The notes below the pieces were generated by a model. The model was not told where the DNA came from. It was given only the letters and a program-made list of their open reading frames with translations, and made no database searches. The translations under genes were made by a program, and so were the position numbers. From an uncultured bacterium (GTDB lineage Bacteria > Electryoneota > AABM5-125-24 > Hatepunaeales > Hatepunaeaceae), in contig CAZAGU010000009.1 in assembly GCA_964484805.1 (NCBI GenBank), positions 1 through 37,369 of the forward strand: a stretch of DNA of 37,369 nucleotides, given 5' to 3'. The stretch's first letter is position 1. Every line of letters starts with the position of its first letter. Shown in pieces: positions 8,793 to 18,840 of this stretch.

Positions 8793-9930
8793 ACGCGATT
8801 ATTATGAAGTGTTGGGCATTCAGCGCGATGCTGGCGACGATGACATAAAAAAGGCATACCGCAAGCAGGCGATGCAGTATCACCCAGACAAGAATCCGGG
8901 CGACAAAAACGCTGAAGACAAGTTCAAGGAAATTGGCGAAGCTTACGCCGTCTTATCTGACAAAAACAAACGCGCCAGATTTGACCGCTACGGACATGCT
9001 GGAGCTCAATCGGGCAATGGCTTTGGAGGTTTCAATTTCGAAGGTGAAGGTTTTGATCCCATGGATCTCTTCCATTCATTTTTTGATAACTTTGGTGGTG
9101 GCGGTTTCGGTGGCTTTGGCGATGGAAGAGGGCAGGGGAGACGCCAGCGCAACGTCAGGCGCGGGAGCGATCTCAATATCAAGCTGAAGCTCACTTTGGA
9201 AGAGATTGCAACTGGCATCGAGAAGAAAGTAAAGATCAAATATCAGGCTCCTTGTAGCGAATGCAACGCCAGCGGCTCTAAGGATGGCAAGACAGACCCC
9301 TGCACGCAGTGCGGTGGTTCCGGTCAGGTGAGACAAGTCAGCAATTCTATATTCGGGCAATTTGTCAATGTCACGACCTGCCCAAATTGCCGAGGTGAAG
9401 GGGTTATCATCAGCACACCTTGCTCTTCCTGCAATGGAACAGGTTTGGAGCGAAATGAGAAGACAGTGGCAATTCATGTGCCTGCTGGTGTGTCTGAAGG
9501 CCAATATCTGAAGATGCAAGGGCTGGGCAATCATGGCGCACGTAGCGGTGAGCCAGGGGACATTATTGTTGAATTTCATGAGAAATCGCATGAGCATTTT
9601 ACAAGGCATGATGATGATGTGCTGTATGAATTGACGATCACCTATACTCAGGCGGTGTTGGGCAGTTCGGTTGAAGTGCCGACTTTAACTGGTCGAGTTA
9701 AGCTGAACATTCCTGCTGGAACAAACTCTGGCAAAGTGTTGCGCTTGAAAGGCAAAGGCATTCAACATCTGAATCATGTTGGTTCAGGCGACCAACTTGT
9801 CAGAATTTCCATCCTTGTTCCCAGGAAGGTGAATGCAAAAGCGACCGAACTGTTGGAAGCGCTTGAAGAAGAGCTTAAAGGGAGTAGCGAGGATAAAAGC
9901 TTCTTCAAGAAGGTATTCTCTGGAAAATAA
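8785..9930 (+). CDS. dnaJ: Chaperone DnaJ (J-domain, G/F region, four CxxCxGxG zinc-finger repeats, C-terminal domain).
   Basis: [37 protein letters not shown] matches the J-domain including HPD. The G/F-rich stretch and the motifs [32 protein letters not shown] follow. The ATG at 8785 overlaps the grpE stop (ATGAGTAA). Confidence 0.9.
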   Translation: MSKRDYYEVLGIQRDAGDDDIKKAYRKQAMQYHPDKNPGDKNAEDKFKEIGEAYAVLSDKNKRARFDRYGHAGAQSGNGFGGFNFEGEGFDPMDLFHSFFDNFGGGGFGGFGDGRGQGRRQRNVRRGSDLNIKLKLTLEEIATGIEKKVKIKYQAPCSECNASGSKDGKTDPCTQCGGSGQVRQVSNSIFGQFVNVTTCPNCRGEGVIISTPCSSCNGTGLERNEKTVAIHVPAGVSEGQYLKMQGLGNHGARSGEPGDIIVEFHEKSHEHFTRHDDDVLYELTITYTQAVLGSSVEVPTLTGRVKLNIPAGTNSGKVLRLKGKGIQHLNHVGSGDQLVRISILVPRKVNAKATELLEALEEELKGSSEDKSFFKKVFSGK

Positions 9931-9980
9931 GCGATAGGCTTAATTTGGCATGTATATATTTTACCTAATATCGAAGCCAC

Positions 9981-10436
9981 ATGACTGACTCTCCAGAAGC
10001 AGAACAAAGGCAAAGGCGTTGCTGGTGGAAGTTGTCTGAGTGGGGTTTCAGTAGCCTTGAACGGCGCGCAATTACTCTGCTGGTCATTTTTATTCTGACT
10101 GGCGCTGTGGTGCGTTTTTTTCATAATTCTCAAATCGGTCGGCAGTTAGAGGTATGGTCGGCACAACCGACAAACTCAGCGCCTTTGGCAACTCAACCGA
10201 AATTGCAGAAAATCAACATCAACACCGCCAGTGTAGATGAGCTTGGACTTCTGCCGGGGATTGGACCCGTGCGTGCCGAGGCGATTGTTGCTTACCGCGC
10301 TAATCAGGGCGAATTTGGTTCTGCGGAAGATATACTTAACGTTGCTGGCATTGGAGAGAAAACTGTTGCGAAAATTTCACAGTACTTGCAATTCAGTTCA
10401 GATTCATCTGGGCATGATGAAAATCATGCCCACTGA
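9981..10436 (+). CDS. comEA: ComEA-like DNA-binding competence protein (TM anchor plus tandem helix-hairpin-helix).
   Basis: An N-terminal hydrophobic segment is followed by KININTASVDELGLLPGIGPVRAEAIVAYRANQGEFGSAEDILNVAGIGEKTVAKI, a typical ComEA HhH motif. Confidence 0.75.
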   Translation: MTDSPEAEQRQRRCWWKLSEWGFSSLERRAITLLVIFILTGAVVRFFHNSQIGRQLEVWSAQPTNSAPLATQPKLQKININTASVDELGLLPGIGPVRAEAIVAYRANQGEFGSAEDILNVAGIGEKTVAKISQYLQFSSDSSGHDENHAH

Positions 10437-10733
10437 AGCCATGTTTCAGATTGAATGTCGGGGTAATCGGGGCATTTGTGTTTTCAAGTTTGGAGAAATT
10501 CTGGTCTAATTAGTGGACACGAGAAGAGAATTGTTTATATTATACAGTTCAGGTTTAACTCGGAACGGTTCAAAAGTGTTGTCCATTTGCAACCTAAAGC
10601 CGAATTTTATCCGGTGTAGCCAAAATGAGCTTGCGCATTGCAACGCGAGGTCATATACTGGCAAATGGGATTTTAGTTGGACTCTACAAACGATGGTGAT
10701 CCCTTTTTTCAGGTCACCAATTCGGAGAAATAA

Positions 10734-12242
10734 ATGGCCGATAAAGTTAGTTCGAGATCCCCAGGGTCTATTATATTTGAGATAATTGCCGTAGTTCTGG
10801 TGATTGGTGTAATTTTTGCAATTATCACCCCGCAGAGCCAATGGAAAAAGCAAGCGGCGAAAACAGTAGTATGCCAGTTGAGTATGGAGAATGTTTACTA
10901 TGCTTCAAATTTCTACTACCGTAGCACTGGCAAATACACTGATAATCTGGCAGAAATGCTGACGTATGCCGAGCGAGAGTCCATTCTAGTTCATCCTGCA
11001 GGATTCAAACTTGACAGACTGACTCGTGAAGATACTGGAATTGATTCATTTCAGATTGATTACTTTGATCCCTATGGGCTGTTCAACCATTTTGAGTCTG
11101 TGATTGAAGCGAAATTTATCGGGGCGAAGCATGATTCGCTTGTCCTGATAACCAAGCCGAAAGCGCAGTATAGATTCCTTTCGCCAACAATGTACACCTT
11201 CGCCGCCGATGGACCAATAACAGCGACAGTTGACGACAGAGGCTCACAAGGCAAGTTTATGTTAGTGGGTTCTCAAGGCAAGATTCGTCGCCAGCAGATA
11301 CTTGGCGAAACAATGCGTGTTCCTGCCGCGAAGTACATCTACAATTCTGAGCCCGGTGCGGACATTGCGAAATGCCCATCAACTCACACGTCCTATCAAT
11401 TATATCTAAACGTCAAACTGGCGATAAACGCCGAAATGACAGGCACATTGTATGATGAAGTGGCTGACACAATTGCCACGTTGTCCTCATCCGAATTGTT
11501 CTCCACAATTGTTGTGTATCGTTGGCTGAAACAAGCTGATGCTTTTGCCAATGCTGAGCTGGTGCGGGAGAAGGCGTTTGAAATGATCGAGGATTCGATT
11601 ATCACCCTGCGCGGAGATGAATTCATCGCCAAGCGTGTCGCGACTTTAAACTCAGCCGGCAATGAACTTCTCGCCGGGGCTATTTCAGATTCGCTAGTTG
11701 AAAGTACGGCTCTGACAGAAGACAAAGACAAAGAAGAATGGGAAGTCATTCGCGAAGAGTTGTATGCCTTAATGAATGGTTTAAGGAATGATGCTGATTT
11801 TGCAAAACAACGAGATGACATTGTAAATGATAAAAAAACTGCCATAGCTAAAACAACTTTCGAAGAGAACATTGCAAAAGTTCTCAGTTCTAAAGAACTC
11901 ATTGTTTCCGAGTCCGGCATCATCAACACCATTACTGATTCAATTGACTACTACTCAAATGAAGATTTGATTAAAAACCGTTTGTTGAAGGTCAAAAAAG
12001 ACTCGGTGACTATCTCATATTTGAAGCGCGATGACATTCAGGAGCTTTTCAATCGCCTTGGTTATGTTGAAGGGTATAAAGTTGGCAGAATTGATTCTGT
12101 TGGTTTGTCGATTACCTGTCCGATTGAAGGCAAATTTGTTTCACCTGAGCGTTCCATACTCGAAAAAATGTTCTTCGTGGAGGGTGAGTCCAACCACGGC
12201 CACGTGAAAAATGGCGACTTGTCATGGGATGAGAAACGCTAA
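10734..12242 (+). CDS. Large (502 aa) type IV prepilin-like protein with a canonical class III signal peptide.
   Basis: MADKVSSRSPG|SIIFEIIAVVLVIGVIFAIITPQ has a short basic leader ending in Gly, Glu at +5, and a ~20-residue hydrophobic helix. This is the prepilin peptidase substrate signature. The large C-terminal domain has no recognisable motifs. Confidence 0.6.
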   Translation: MADKVSSRSPGSIIFEIIAVVLVIGVIFAIITPQSQWKKQAAKTVVCQLSMENVYYASNFYYRSTGKYTDNLAEMLTYAERESILVHPAGFKLDRLTREDTGIDSFQIDYFDPYGLFNHFESVIEAKFIGAKHDSLVLITKPKAQYRFLSPTMYTFAADGPITATVDDRGSQGKFMLVGSQGKIRRQQILGETMRVPAAKYIYNSEPGADIAKCPSTHTSYQLYLNVKLAINAEMTGTLYDEVADTIATLSSSELFSTIVVYRWLKQADAFANAELVREKAFEMIEDSIITLRGDEFIAKRVATLNSAGNELLAGAISDSLVESTALTEDKDKEEWEVIREELYALMNGLRNDADFAKQRDDIVNDKKTAIAKTTFEENIAKVLSSKELIVSESGIINTITDSIDYYSNEDLIKNRLLKVKKDSVTISYLKRDDIQELFNRLGYVEGYKVGRIDSVGLSITCPIEGKFVSPERSILEKMFFVEGESNHGHVKNGDLSWDEKR

Positions 12243-12392
12243 TTCTGTGATTTTACCAGCAGACCTGGTCTGTTTTTGAATAGATTTTCAAGGTTCTCCG
12301 TTAAAAAATAACGGAGAACCCATTTGAATAAAATATGGGATCAAGGTGATCCCGATATCCCCAGCTCTCCAGCCCAGAATTCCTGACGGGGA

Positions 12393-13673
12393 ATGAAACA
12401 AGTCAAACGGGGCGATTCTATGAGCGATTGCCTGGTAATTACCTGGGATAGCAGTGAACTCTGCTTGAGCCGTTTTCCTTGGCAAGGAACATGGCAAAGT
12501 CCCGCACATTCTCTACTTTCTAAAGTGTCATTGCTACGCCCGACTCGCATTGAACGAGCGCTGATAGCTTCCACACGTGAGAGTTTGACGAGTGCGCTTC
12601 GAGAGGTTTTTGTTGGCAATGAAACCGATCTACCAATCTGGTTTCTAATCCCGCCTTCATGGACGTTTTCTTATATTGTTCAATGTCCAGAACTACCATC
12701 CCAAGAAGCTACTCTCGATCATTTGATCTGGGAGAGTATTCAGCGCATCAATGGAGATGTCACACCCTACAGAATGTTGGCTCCTCACGCAGGCGCTGGC
12801 GCATGTGAGGTCATCTCAGTTCGCGGAAAATTGATAGATTTGATTGCTGAAGCTGCCTCTTCAGCCGATATTGTCCTTGATGGCATTAGTGTTCAGCCTA
12901 TTCAGGATGATATTTATTTTCTGGAGCCTTCGAGGGATCTGAGAAAAGCCGAACCGCTGATCGAGGAGAGTGACACCGAATATCTAAGCGGAACCTCTTC
13001 TCGCCGTGTGCCTATCTTTGCCTTCGTGATTATCTTCTTTGCTATGATCTCGCTTGGTATTTATTGGTTTTTATATTCCGGTAACGATCAACAACCCGAG
13101 ATGGCATCAAAGGATATAGAGCAGACTGCTCCAGACTCAGACGGTTTAACTTCTGAAATTTCAATGGATATGGAAGGCCCAACAGATTCTTCATTGACTA
13201 AGGTGGAAGAAGAAGCGTACATGCCGCCCAGTGTGTCGGTCAATCCTCTTCGTGGTGTTTGGCAGAGCTTGCCTGCCGGGGCTGCGATTGAATTCGTCGT
13301 TATTTCTCCAGCGGATATGAGGATGGAAATTTCAGGCTTGGTAAACAGCGCTCAATGGCTGGAGAAAACCAGAATGTTGCGATCCCTTTCTGAAGTAAAG
13401 ATTGATGGACGCTTTGACGGTTTCGCCGGGAAATCAATCGCAATGGTTCACCTCTCAAGGTGTGGCTTTTCCGAATCATCTGGCGCAAACAGCCTGACCA
13501 CATTTAACAAACTTGCCACTTCATCCGGTATGACTGTTGGGAAAAAGCAAACAGTCTGGGGAAGTTTCGAGAGCGCTGTTAAACTGGTCGAGCAACTTTG
13601 GGACAATCCAAACGGGATACAGAAGCTTTATATCTTCCCTGAGCAACAGCGATGGGGAGTAACTTTCCGTTAA
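12393..13673 (+). CDS. Hypothetical bitopic membrane protein with GspL/PilM-N-like topology: cytoplasmic N-domain, one TM near residue 210, periplasmic C-domain.
   Basis: The single hydrophobic helix VPIFAFVIIFFAMISLGIYWFLY sits mid-protein. The N-terminus (DCLVITWDSSELCLSRF) weakly recalls PilM/GspL actin-like N-termini. It lies directly downstream of the prepilin-like gene. Alternative start at 12420. Confidence 0.35.
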   Translation: MKQVKRGDSMSDCLVITWDSSELCLSRFPWQGTWQSPAHSLLSKVSLLRPTRIERALIASTRESLTSALREVFVGNETDLPIWFLIPPSWTFSYIVQCPELPSQEATLDHLIWESIQRINGDVTPYRMLAPHAGAGACEVISVRGKLIDLIAEAASSADIVLDGISVQPIQDDIYFLEPSRDLRKAEPLIEESDTEYLSGTSSRRVPIFAFVIIFFAMISLGIYWFLYSGNDQQPEMASKDIEQTAPDSDGLTSEISMDMEGPTDSSLTKVEEEAYMPPSVSVNPLRGVWQSLPAGAAIEFVVISPADMRMEISGLVNSAQWLEKTRMLRSLSEVKIDGRFDGFAGKSIAMVHLSRCGFSESSGANSLTTFNKLATSSGMTVGKKQTVWGSFESAVKLVEQLWDNPNGIQKLYIFPEQQRWGVTFR

Positions 13674-13696
13674 GTTTAAGGTTTTGAAATATTCAT

Positions 13697-13730
13697 AAAA
13701 CCGACTGTTCAACGGTCGGTTTTATTATTT
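13697..13730 (+). terminator. Rho-independent terminator.
   Basis: AACCGAC-tgttcaacg-GTCGGTT followed by TTATTATTT. Confidence 0.65.
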
Positions 13731-13742
13731 AACAGAGAAATT

Positions 13743-14336
13743 ATGCCAGTAATAGTTGGTGGAACAGCCAAAGGACGCAGGATAAAACTTCCGCCGGGAG
13801 ACGTTCGACCGGCTACATCAAAGGTTCGTCAGTCAACCTTCGACTATCTTGGCGAATTCATACTCGGCGTGCGGGTTCTCGATCTGTACAGCGGATCAGG
13901 TGGAATGGGTTTTGAAGCTCTCTCACGGGGAGCATCTTCCTGCGTTTTTGTTGATATTTCTGAGCGAGTGTTACGGGTGACCCGTGAAAACACTGAAACA
14001 CTGAAATTTTCAGACCGTTGCAGATTCATTGCCAAGGATGTCTTCCGTTTCCTGAAATCCTGGACAGACTACTTCCCAGACGACCCGGAAAAATACGACC
14101 TGCTGATCGTTTCACCACCATATAAAATTGCCGAGCCGCAGAAGCTTTTTGAAGAAATCGGCAAGTCTGAAATTATCGCCAAAGGCGGGTGTGTGTGCAT
14201 TGAATACTCCAGGCATACTGATCATCCTGAACCTGAAGGATTTACGCTGGATCGCCGGCGTGTATATGGCGAAACCGTGATGGACATCTGGGATTTTGGG
14301 CTGGACAAAGCTGAGTTGCCAAATGACAATGAGTAA
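13743..14336 (+). CDS. rsmD: 16S rRNA (guanine966-N2)-methyltransferase RsmD.
   Basis: RIKLPPGDVRPATSKVRQSTFDYLG, VLDLYSGSGGMGFEALSRGA (SAM-binding) and LLIVSPPY (the DPPY-type catalytic motif) together match the RsmD family. Confidence 0.8.
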   Translation: MPVIVGGTAKGRRIKLPPGDVRPATSKVRQSTFDYLGEFILGVRVLDLYSGSGGMGFEALSRGASSCVFVDISERVLRVTRENTETLKFSDRCRFIAKDVFRFLKSWTDYFPDDPEKYDLLIVSPPYKIAEPQKLFEEIGKSEIIAKGGCVCIEYSRHTDHPEPEGFTLDRRRVYGETVMDIWDFGLDKAELPNDNE

Positions 14337-15312
14337 CAGCTCTAAAAAGTCTGGAAATAGCGGGACAATCGGACTGGCGCTCGGTGGTGGCGCTGCGCGT
14401 GGCTTGGCTCATATTGGTGTAATTCGCAGGCTCGAAGAAGCGGGCTTGACGATTGACTGCATTGCTGGCACGAGCATCGGCGCGTTGATCGGGGCAGCGT
14501 ACGCTGTGGGAATTTCAGTTGATGAACTGGAGAACCTCACTGAAGAGCTTCACACATTTGAGCTACTGAAACTTTTTGCTCCGACATTTTCAAGATATTG
14601 CTTCATATCTGACAGTGCAATCATGGACTTGCTGGACTCATTGTATGGCGATGTCAAAATCGAAGACCTGTCCATGCCGTTTGCGGCGGTTGCGACGGAT
14701 TTTGCCACAGGTGAGCGGGTAGTGTTCCGGCAAGGTAAATTGATTGATGCGGTTCGCGCCAGCATCTCTGTGCCGATGGTTTTGCGACGGGTCGAATGCG
14801 CTGGCAGGAAACTTGTGGATGGAGGTCTGGTTGATCCTGTTCCCGTCAAAGCAGCGCGGGACTTGGGAGCGGAATTTCTGGTTGCGGTCTCCGTGTTGAC
14901 ACCTCCTAAAATAGAACAGCAAATGCCACCTAAAGAACCTGCAACTGAAATTATTAAACCTGCGCGGGTGAAGGAAGATGGGCTCAGCCCCTTGATGGAT
15001 AGCTTCAGGAATTTCCTGAATAAAAATATGATGGCGATTGAAACACAGATAGAAAAATTTCAAGAGCGTGATTTCCTCAGCAACGTCAATTTTATGAACA
15101 CCCTATCGCATATTTTCACAATTTCAGGCAACGAGATAGCGAGGTTGCAGTTTGAAATAAACCCACCGGAAGTTGTCATCTGCCCCAATGTCGGCTGGAT
15201 TAACATGTGGGACTTCCACAAAGCCCAGGAAGCCATTGAAGCTGGTGAGCTCGCCGGGGAAAACGCTTTGCGACAGCCAGAATTTCAGGCATTTCTGGAC
15301 GAAGTTCTATAA
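14323..15312 (+). CDS. Patatin-like phospholipase.
   Basis: GLALGGGAARGLAHIGVIRRLEEAG (oxyanion hole GGGxRG), GTSIGALIGAAYA (GxSxG nucleophile elbow) and a DGG motif (VDGGLVDPVP). Start chosen at the ATG overlapping the rsmD stop. Alternative starts at 14296 and 14329. Confidence 0.8.
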   Translation: MTMSNSSKKSGNSGTIGLALGGGAARGLAHIGVIRRLEEAGLTIDCIAGTSIGALIGAAYAVGISVDELENLTEELHTFELLKLFAPTFSRYCFISDSAIMDLLDSLYGDVKIEDLSMPFAAVATDFATGERVVFRQGKLIDAVRASISVPMVLRRVECAGRKLVDGGLVDPVPVKAARDLGAEFLVAVSVLTPPKIEQQMPPKEPATEIIKPARVKEDGLSPLMDSFRNFLNKNMMAIETQIEKFQERDFLSNVNFMNTLSHIFTISGNEIARLQFEINPPEVVICPNVGWINMWDFHKAQEAIEAGELAGENALRQPEFQAFLDEVL

Positions 15313-15317
15313 GCCAA

Positions 15318-15353
15318 AACGATAAAAGGAGCCCGAAAGCTCCCTTTATCGTT
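15318..15353. terminator. Intergenic hairpin with a 15-bp stem between convergent genes. Likely terminator for the minus-strand HDOD gene.
   Basis: AACGATAAAAGGAGC-ccgaaa-GCTCCCTTTATCGTT with one mismatch. The minus-strand reading is followed by a TTTTGG run. Confidence 0.55.
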
Positions 15354-15383
15354 CCTCAATGTGGGTGTGCTTGCCACATTTAC

Positions 15384-16637
15384 TCACAGCATTTCGAGTT
15401 TTTCTCTATCAATTCCAAGCTCTTCCCAAAGTTCTTCAAACGAAGTATCTTCCAATCCAAGATATTGTAGTGAACCATGCCAGGCTACGTCAGATACCGG
15501 GTTTCCGCTTTTGCCAATGTCTAAATGATGGCAGAGTACATTGGCGGTGTGAACCAGATGAATGACGCTGTTTCCTTGACCAGCGATGGCAGGGTTATGG
15601 TGGTATCGAATAGCTTTGACCAGTTGCACCGGCAGATTCCAGTTTTCGGCAACAAGACCGCCAATTTCAGCGTGGTCTATGTGGATCAGCTTCTTCTCAG
15701 TCTTGTTGAGTGATTGATTCAATTCAATGGTTTCTTTTAAAATGAACTGAAAAGTGTCCTTGAAATATAAATCCATAACGATCTTTCCAAAGTCATGAAG
15801 CAAACCGGCAACGAAAGCATCATCAGGTTTGATGTCTGGGGTTTTCACGCTCAGGGCGCGAGCGGTGTACGCCACACCCAGTGAATGAACCCAGAATTTA
15901 TCCCAGTCAAACAGTTCATTATAACCGCGCGGGAATGACTGTTTAATACTTGTCAATGCTAAATCCTTTATCTCATCAAAGCCGAGGATGATGATGGCTC
16001 TGTTAATGTTTCCAACCTCTCGATTGAATCCATAATAAGCGCTGTTGACTGTTTTCAGGATTCTCGCGGTCAGCGATGGGTCATTCTGAATAATATCCGC
16101 CAGCATTGACGAGGACGTTTCTGGGTTGTCGCTCATTTCCATCACAGCTTTAATATGTGACGGCAAGGGTGTAAGATGTTGGATATTTTTAATTTTGCCC
16201 CGAATGTCCACCCGTAACAAATCCTCTCTGTGAATTTCCGGCTCACTCACATTGATTAACTCATCCAGATAACCACTCAAAATGCGCGAATCCACCGGTT
16301 TGTTCTGCACCCCAAGCAGATTGAAGTTCTGAGTCTGACGTAGAATTTCACGCGCTGAGACATCGGAAACGATTAAAACAGGAATGTTTTTCCATTCATC
16401 GAATGATTGCAAAACTCTTAGCAGATCAAGTGCGGAGTAATCGGCCAGCTTCCATTCGGAAATAATTAAAGCCGGTGCTTCCGCGGTTATTTTCTGAATC
16501 GCATCCTTGACCGAATCCACCCGGATGACATTACAACCACCATGAACCATCAAAGCATTTTCAACTGCGGAGGGCGTGCGTAGATGCAGATCAAGTAATA
16601 GCACATTTGCGAGGTCTTGCTGTTCAATTAACTGCAT
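15384..16637 (-). CDS. Response-regulator-like protein with an N-terminal atypical receiver and a C-terminal HDOD domain.
   Basis: The N-terminal CheY-like fold has Glu at the expected phospho-acceptor position (LIISEWKL). The C-terminal region (LTPLPSHIKAVMEMSDNPETSSSMLADIIQNDPSLTARILKTVNSAYYGF...GLLHDFGKIVM...HAEIGGLVAENWNLP) matches the HDOD domain. Confidence 0.7.
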   Translation of the reverse strand: MQLIEQQDLANVLLLDLHLRTPSAVENALMVHGGCNVIRVDSVKDAIQKITAEAPALIISEWKLADYSALDLLRVLQSFDEWKNIPVLIVSDVSAREILRQTQNFNLLGVQNKPVDSRILSGYLDELINVSEPEIHREDLLRVDIRGKIKNIQHLTPLPSHIKAVMEMSDNPETSSSMLADIIQNDPSLTARILKTVNSAYYGFNREVGNINRAIIILGFDEIKDLALTSIKQSFPRGYNELFDWDKFWVHSLGVAYTARALSVKTPDIKPDDAFVAGLLHDFGKIVMDLYFKDTFQFILKETIELNQSLNKTEKKLIHIDHAEIGGLVAENWNLPVQLVKAIRYHHNPAIAGQGNSVIHLVHTANVLCHHLDIGKSGNPVSDVAWHGSLQYLGLEDTSFEELWEELGIDREKLEML

Positions 16638-16710
16638 GATAATTTATCCTCCACGTTTGCCCTGAAAAAGTTCGGGCAGTTAAAATTAATGAAATTTGCG
16701 CTGAGATTCG

Positions 16711-17931
16711 TCATGGTTTGACTTGCTCTTTTTGCTGGTAGTAGTTGTCAAAGCGCTTCTTGAATTGCTCAATGCTTTCTTTCACAGTTTCTTGTCTCTG
16801 GTGGTCTTCCATCTTTGTTTTAATGCGTTCTGTCAGAGTTGGGATTAAATCTGCCCGCAGAACAATGATAAGCTCTTTGCGGATGGTGTTGCTACTGACA
16901 TAACCAAAAACATACCGTAGCCCAAAGAACCACCAAGGGAGATCTTTTAGGATTGGCACTCCTTCACGTGTTTGACTGTCTTCATTGACGTAAAGCCCTC
17001 CGATCATCGTCTCTTCTCCATCAAGAAGAAGGACGGATGTCCGGGCCGAAGTTTTTTTAACCTCTATCCCAAGTTCGCTACTGCTGGCGTTGCTCCGTTG
17101 AACGTCAACCTGAAGATGGACGAAAGTAACCGTGTCTTCATTCTCAACCACTGTCAGTATATCGGGGGTTACCATGATAATTGATCCGGTCGAGAAGAAT
17201 TGCGTGACTGTATTGCCCGAAAAATCCTGCGTGGTCACTGAAAAATCACTGCCAATCTGAATCCTGCCTTCGGAGCCGGATTGCACCACAATCTGAGGGT
17301 TGGCGAGAATGTCACCGAGTTGTTTGCTCGCCATTGCTTTGAAAATTGTAGTCAGTGTGCCAAAGTCCAGGTCCTTGAGCGTGTTGAACTCGATCAAGCC
17401 GGATTTATTGTCAGCCGTGGTCATGTCAATTGACAGGTCTGTGCCATCAGAAAGATTCCAGCTGGAACCCATCTGAGAAAGGTCGCTGCTGTTGGCTTCA
17501 AAGAACAGTGCCGAGATGGACACCTCGCGAGTCTCAAATAGCTCGCGCGAAGTTCGAGTTTTCTCGTTGATAGTCTGGATTTTATACCGCTGGATTATGA
17601 AATGATCGTCGAATTCCTTAATTTCCAATCCGAAGTTCTCCAGTACGAGATCGAGCGCATCCAGCCAGTACATGTTATTTATATCCACGCCAATCGCGCC
17701 GTCTGTGCTTGTGGGATCAACGATAATCTTGCCGCGATAGCGTTTGGCAAGGTCATCAAAAACTACCAAAGCCTGCTTAAACGAGACGTTGCGCGTCATT
17801 GAAATCATCTCATCCTTTGATGCTTTCATTTTCGCCAGAGATCTGGCGCCTCGGCTCTCGGTGTGAGCAGGATTGACCAGAGGCTGAATGCAGAACAGAA
17901 GAATGAAAACAGTGATGTATTTCCAGTTCAT
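16711..17931 (-). CDS. pilQ: Type IV pilus secretin PilQ (short form).
   Basis: Signal peptide, an N0-like domain, and the secretin C-domain (GEETMIGGLYVNEDSQTREGVPILKDLPWWFFGLRYVFG). It is last in the pilM-N-O-P-Q gene order. Confidence 0.75.
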   Translation of the reverse strand: MNWKYITVFILLFCIQPLVNPAHTESRGARSLAKMKASKDEMISMTRNVSFKQALVVFDDLAKRYRGKIIVDPTSTDGAIGVDINNMYWLDALDLVLENFGLEIKEFDDHFIIQRYKIQTINEKTRTSRELFETREVSISALFFEANSSDLSQMGSSWNLSDGTDLSIDMTTADNKSGLIEFNTLKDLDFGTLTTIFKAMASKQLGDILANPQIVVQSGSEGRIQIGSDFSVTTQDFSGNTVTQFFSTGSIIMVTPDILTVVENEDTVTFVHLQVDVQRSNASSSELGIEVKKTSARTSVLLLDGEETMIGGLYVNEDSQTREGVPILKDLPWWFFGLRYVFGYVSSNTIRKELIIVLRADLIPTLTERIKTKMEDHQRQETVKESIEQFKKRFDNYYQQKEQVKP

Positions 17932-17945
17932 GTATTGAAATCCCC

Positions 17946-18839
17946 TTATTTTTCAGAAAAACCAAGACCAAGTTTGAACCGCTCGATGATCCCGCCCTTG
18001 TTGAGTGTAAACTCAACGATATTGTTGCGCGTGTCTATTCTGGTCATATAGCCCAGATAGACAGGATCACCCTCCTTGAGCACATGAAGCTGTCCTTCAT
18101 GATCGGCAATGATGGCGCGATCTGGCAGAATAACCCGTAGCTCTGCCCGTTCTGCTTCCAGAGCGCCATAAGTGTTCGGTGGCAGTGTGCGAGTGATCTC
18201 TGGCATGAAGATATTTCTGCCATCGGGAACGGTCAATCCCGCCAGTGTAGCTTCACGCACAGGCAGATCGGGAACATCAGCATATAATGCCCGCATTTGA
18301 ATTTCAAACGGGACGAGAATCTTGGGTACAGACATTAGATTTTTGGGGCCTTCGTCGCGAATACTTTCCACCCCGTGCATGTTCAAGCGGTCGATAGCAT
18401 AAACGCCCGGTCCCTTCTCCAGCGACCAGATTAACGACATGATGGATTCAAATGCGCCTTCACCAGCGATAACAATGATCTTATATCCATAACCACTGGC
18501 ATCAACTTCTTTGGTGGTATTTATAGCAAATTCGATTGACCCATAGCGGCGTTGAATCTGGTCAAGGTAGGTGAAAACTTCAGCCATGGAAACATCAGTA
18601 GTTATGACCTTGTCCAGATTGAGGATTCGATGTTTATTCTCTTCTATCGCTTTCTGGATGTCTTCAAGATATATTGCTCGCGCAGGAATCGCCGCTTCCA
18701 AGCTATCAAAGTGAGCAATCTCGAACTGCACGGTTTCCCTTTGGCTTGGGTAATACATATAAAGCACGTAGAAGCCACCAGCGCTCAATAGTAACACCAG
18801 AGTTATCAGGAAGAGTGTGTTCCTAAGTTTGAATGACAT
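17946..18839 (-). CDS. Pilus assembly protein PilO/PilP-like: N-terminal TM followed by a periplasmic domain.
   Basis: N-terminal TM helix (LFLITLVLLLSAGGFYVLYMY). Placed between the pilMN fusion and pilQ. The domain assignment rests on position and topology only. Confidence 0.5.
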   Translation of the reverse strand: MSFKLRNTLFLITLVLLLSAGGFYVLYMYYPSQRETVQFEIAHFDSLEAAIPARAIYLEDIQKAIEENKHRILNLDKVITTDVSMAEVFTYLDQIQRRYGSIEFAINTTKEVDASGYGYKIIVIAGEGAFESIMSLIWSLEKGPGVYAIDRLNMHGVESIRDEGPKNLMSVPKILVPFEIQMRALYADVPDLPVREATLAGLTVPDGRNIFMPEITRTLPPNTYGALEAERAELRVILPDRAIIADHEGQLHVLKEGDPVYLGYMTRIDTRNNIVEFTLNKGGIIERFKLGLGFSEK

Positions 18840-18840
18840 A

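Noticed and set aside
9076-9609. Antisense ORFs inside genes, for example 9076..9609(-), 11396..11932(-), 14638..15063(-), 28764..29405(-), 29162..29491(-), 33366..33725(-) and 33765..34139(-)
   Set aside because: Each lies wholly within and opposite to a well-supported gene with clear domain signatures. They lack RBS and motif support.
10659-10680. Possible sigma-54 promoter (CTGGCAAatggg...) upstream of the 10734 prepilin-like gene
   Set aside because: It has the -24 GG but no GC dinucleotide or TTGC at the -12 spacing.
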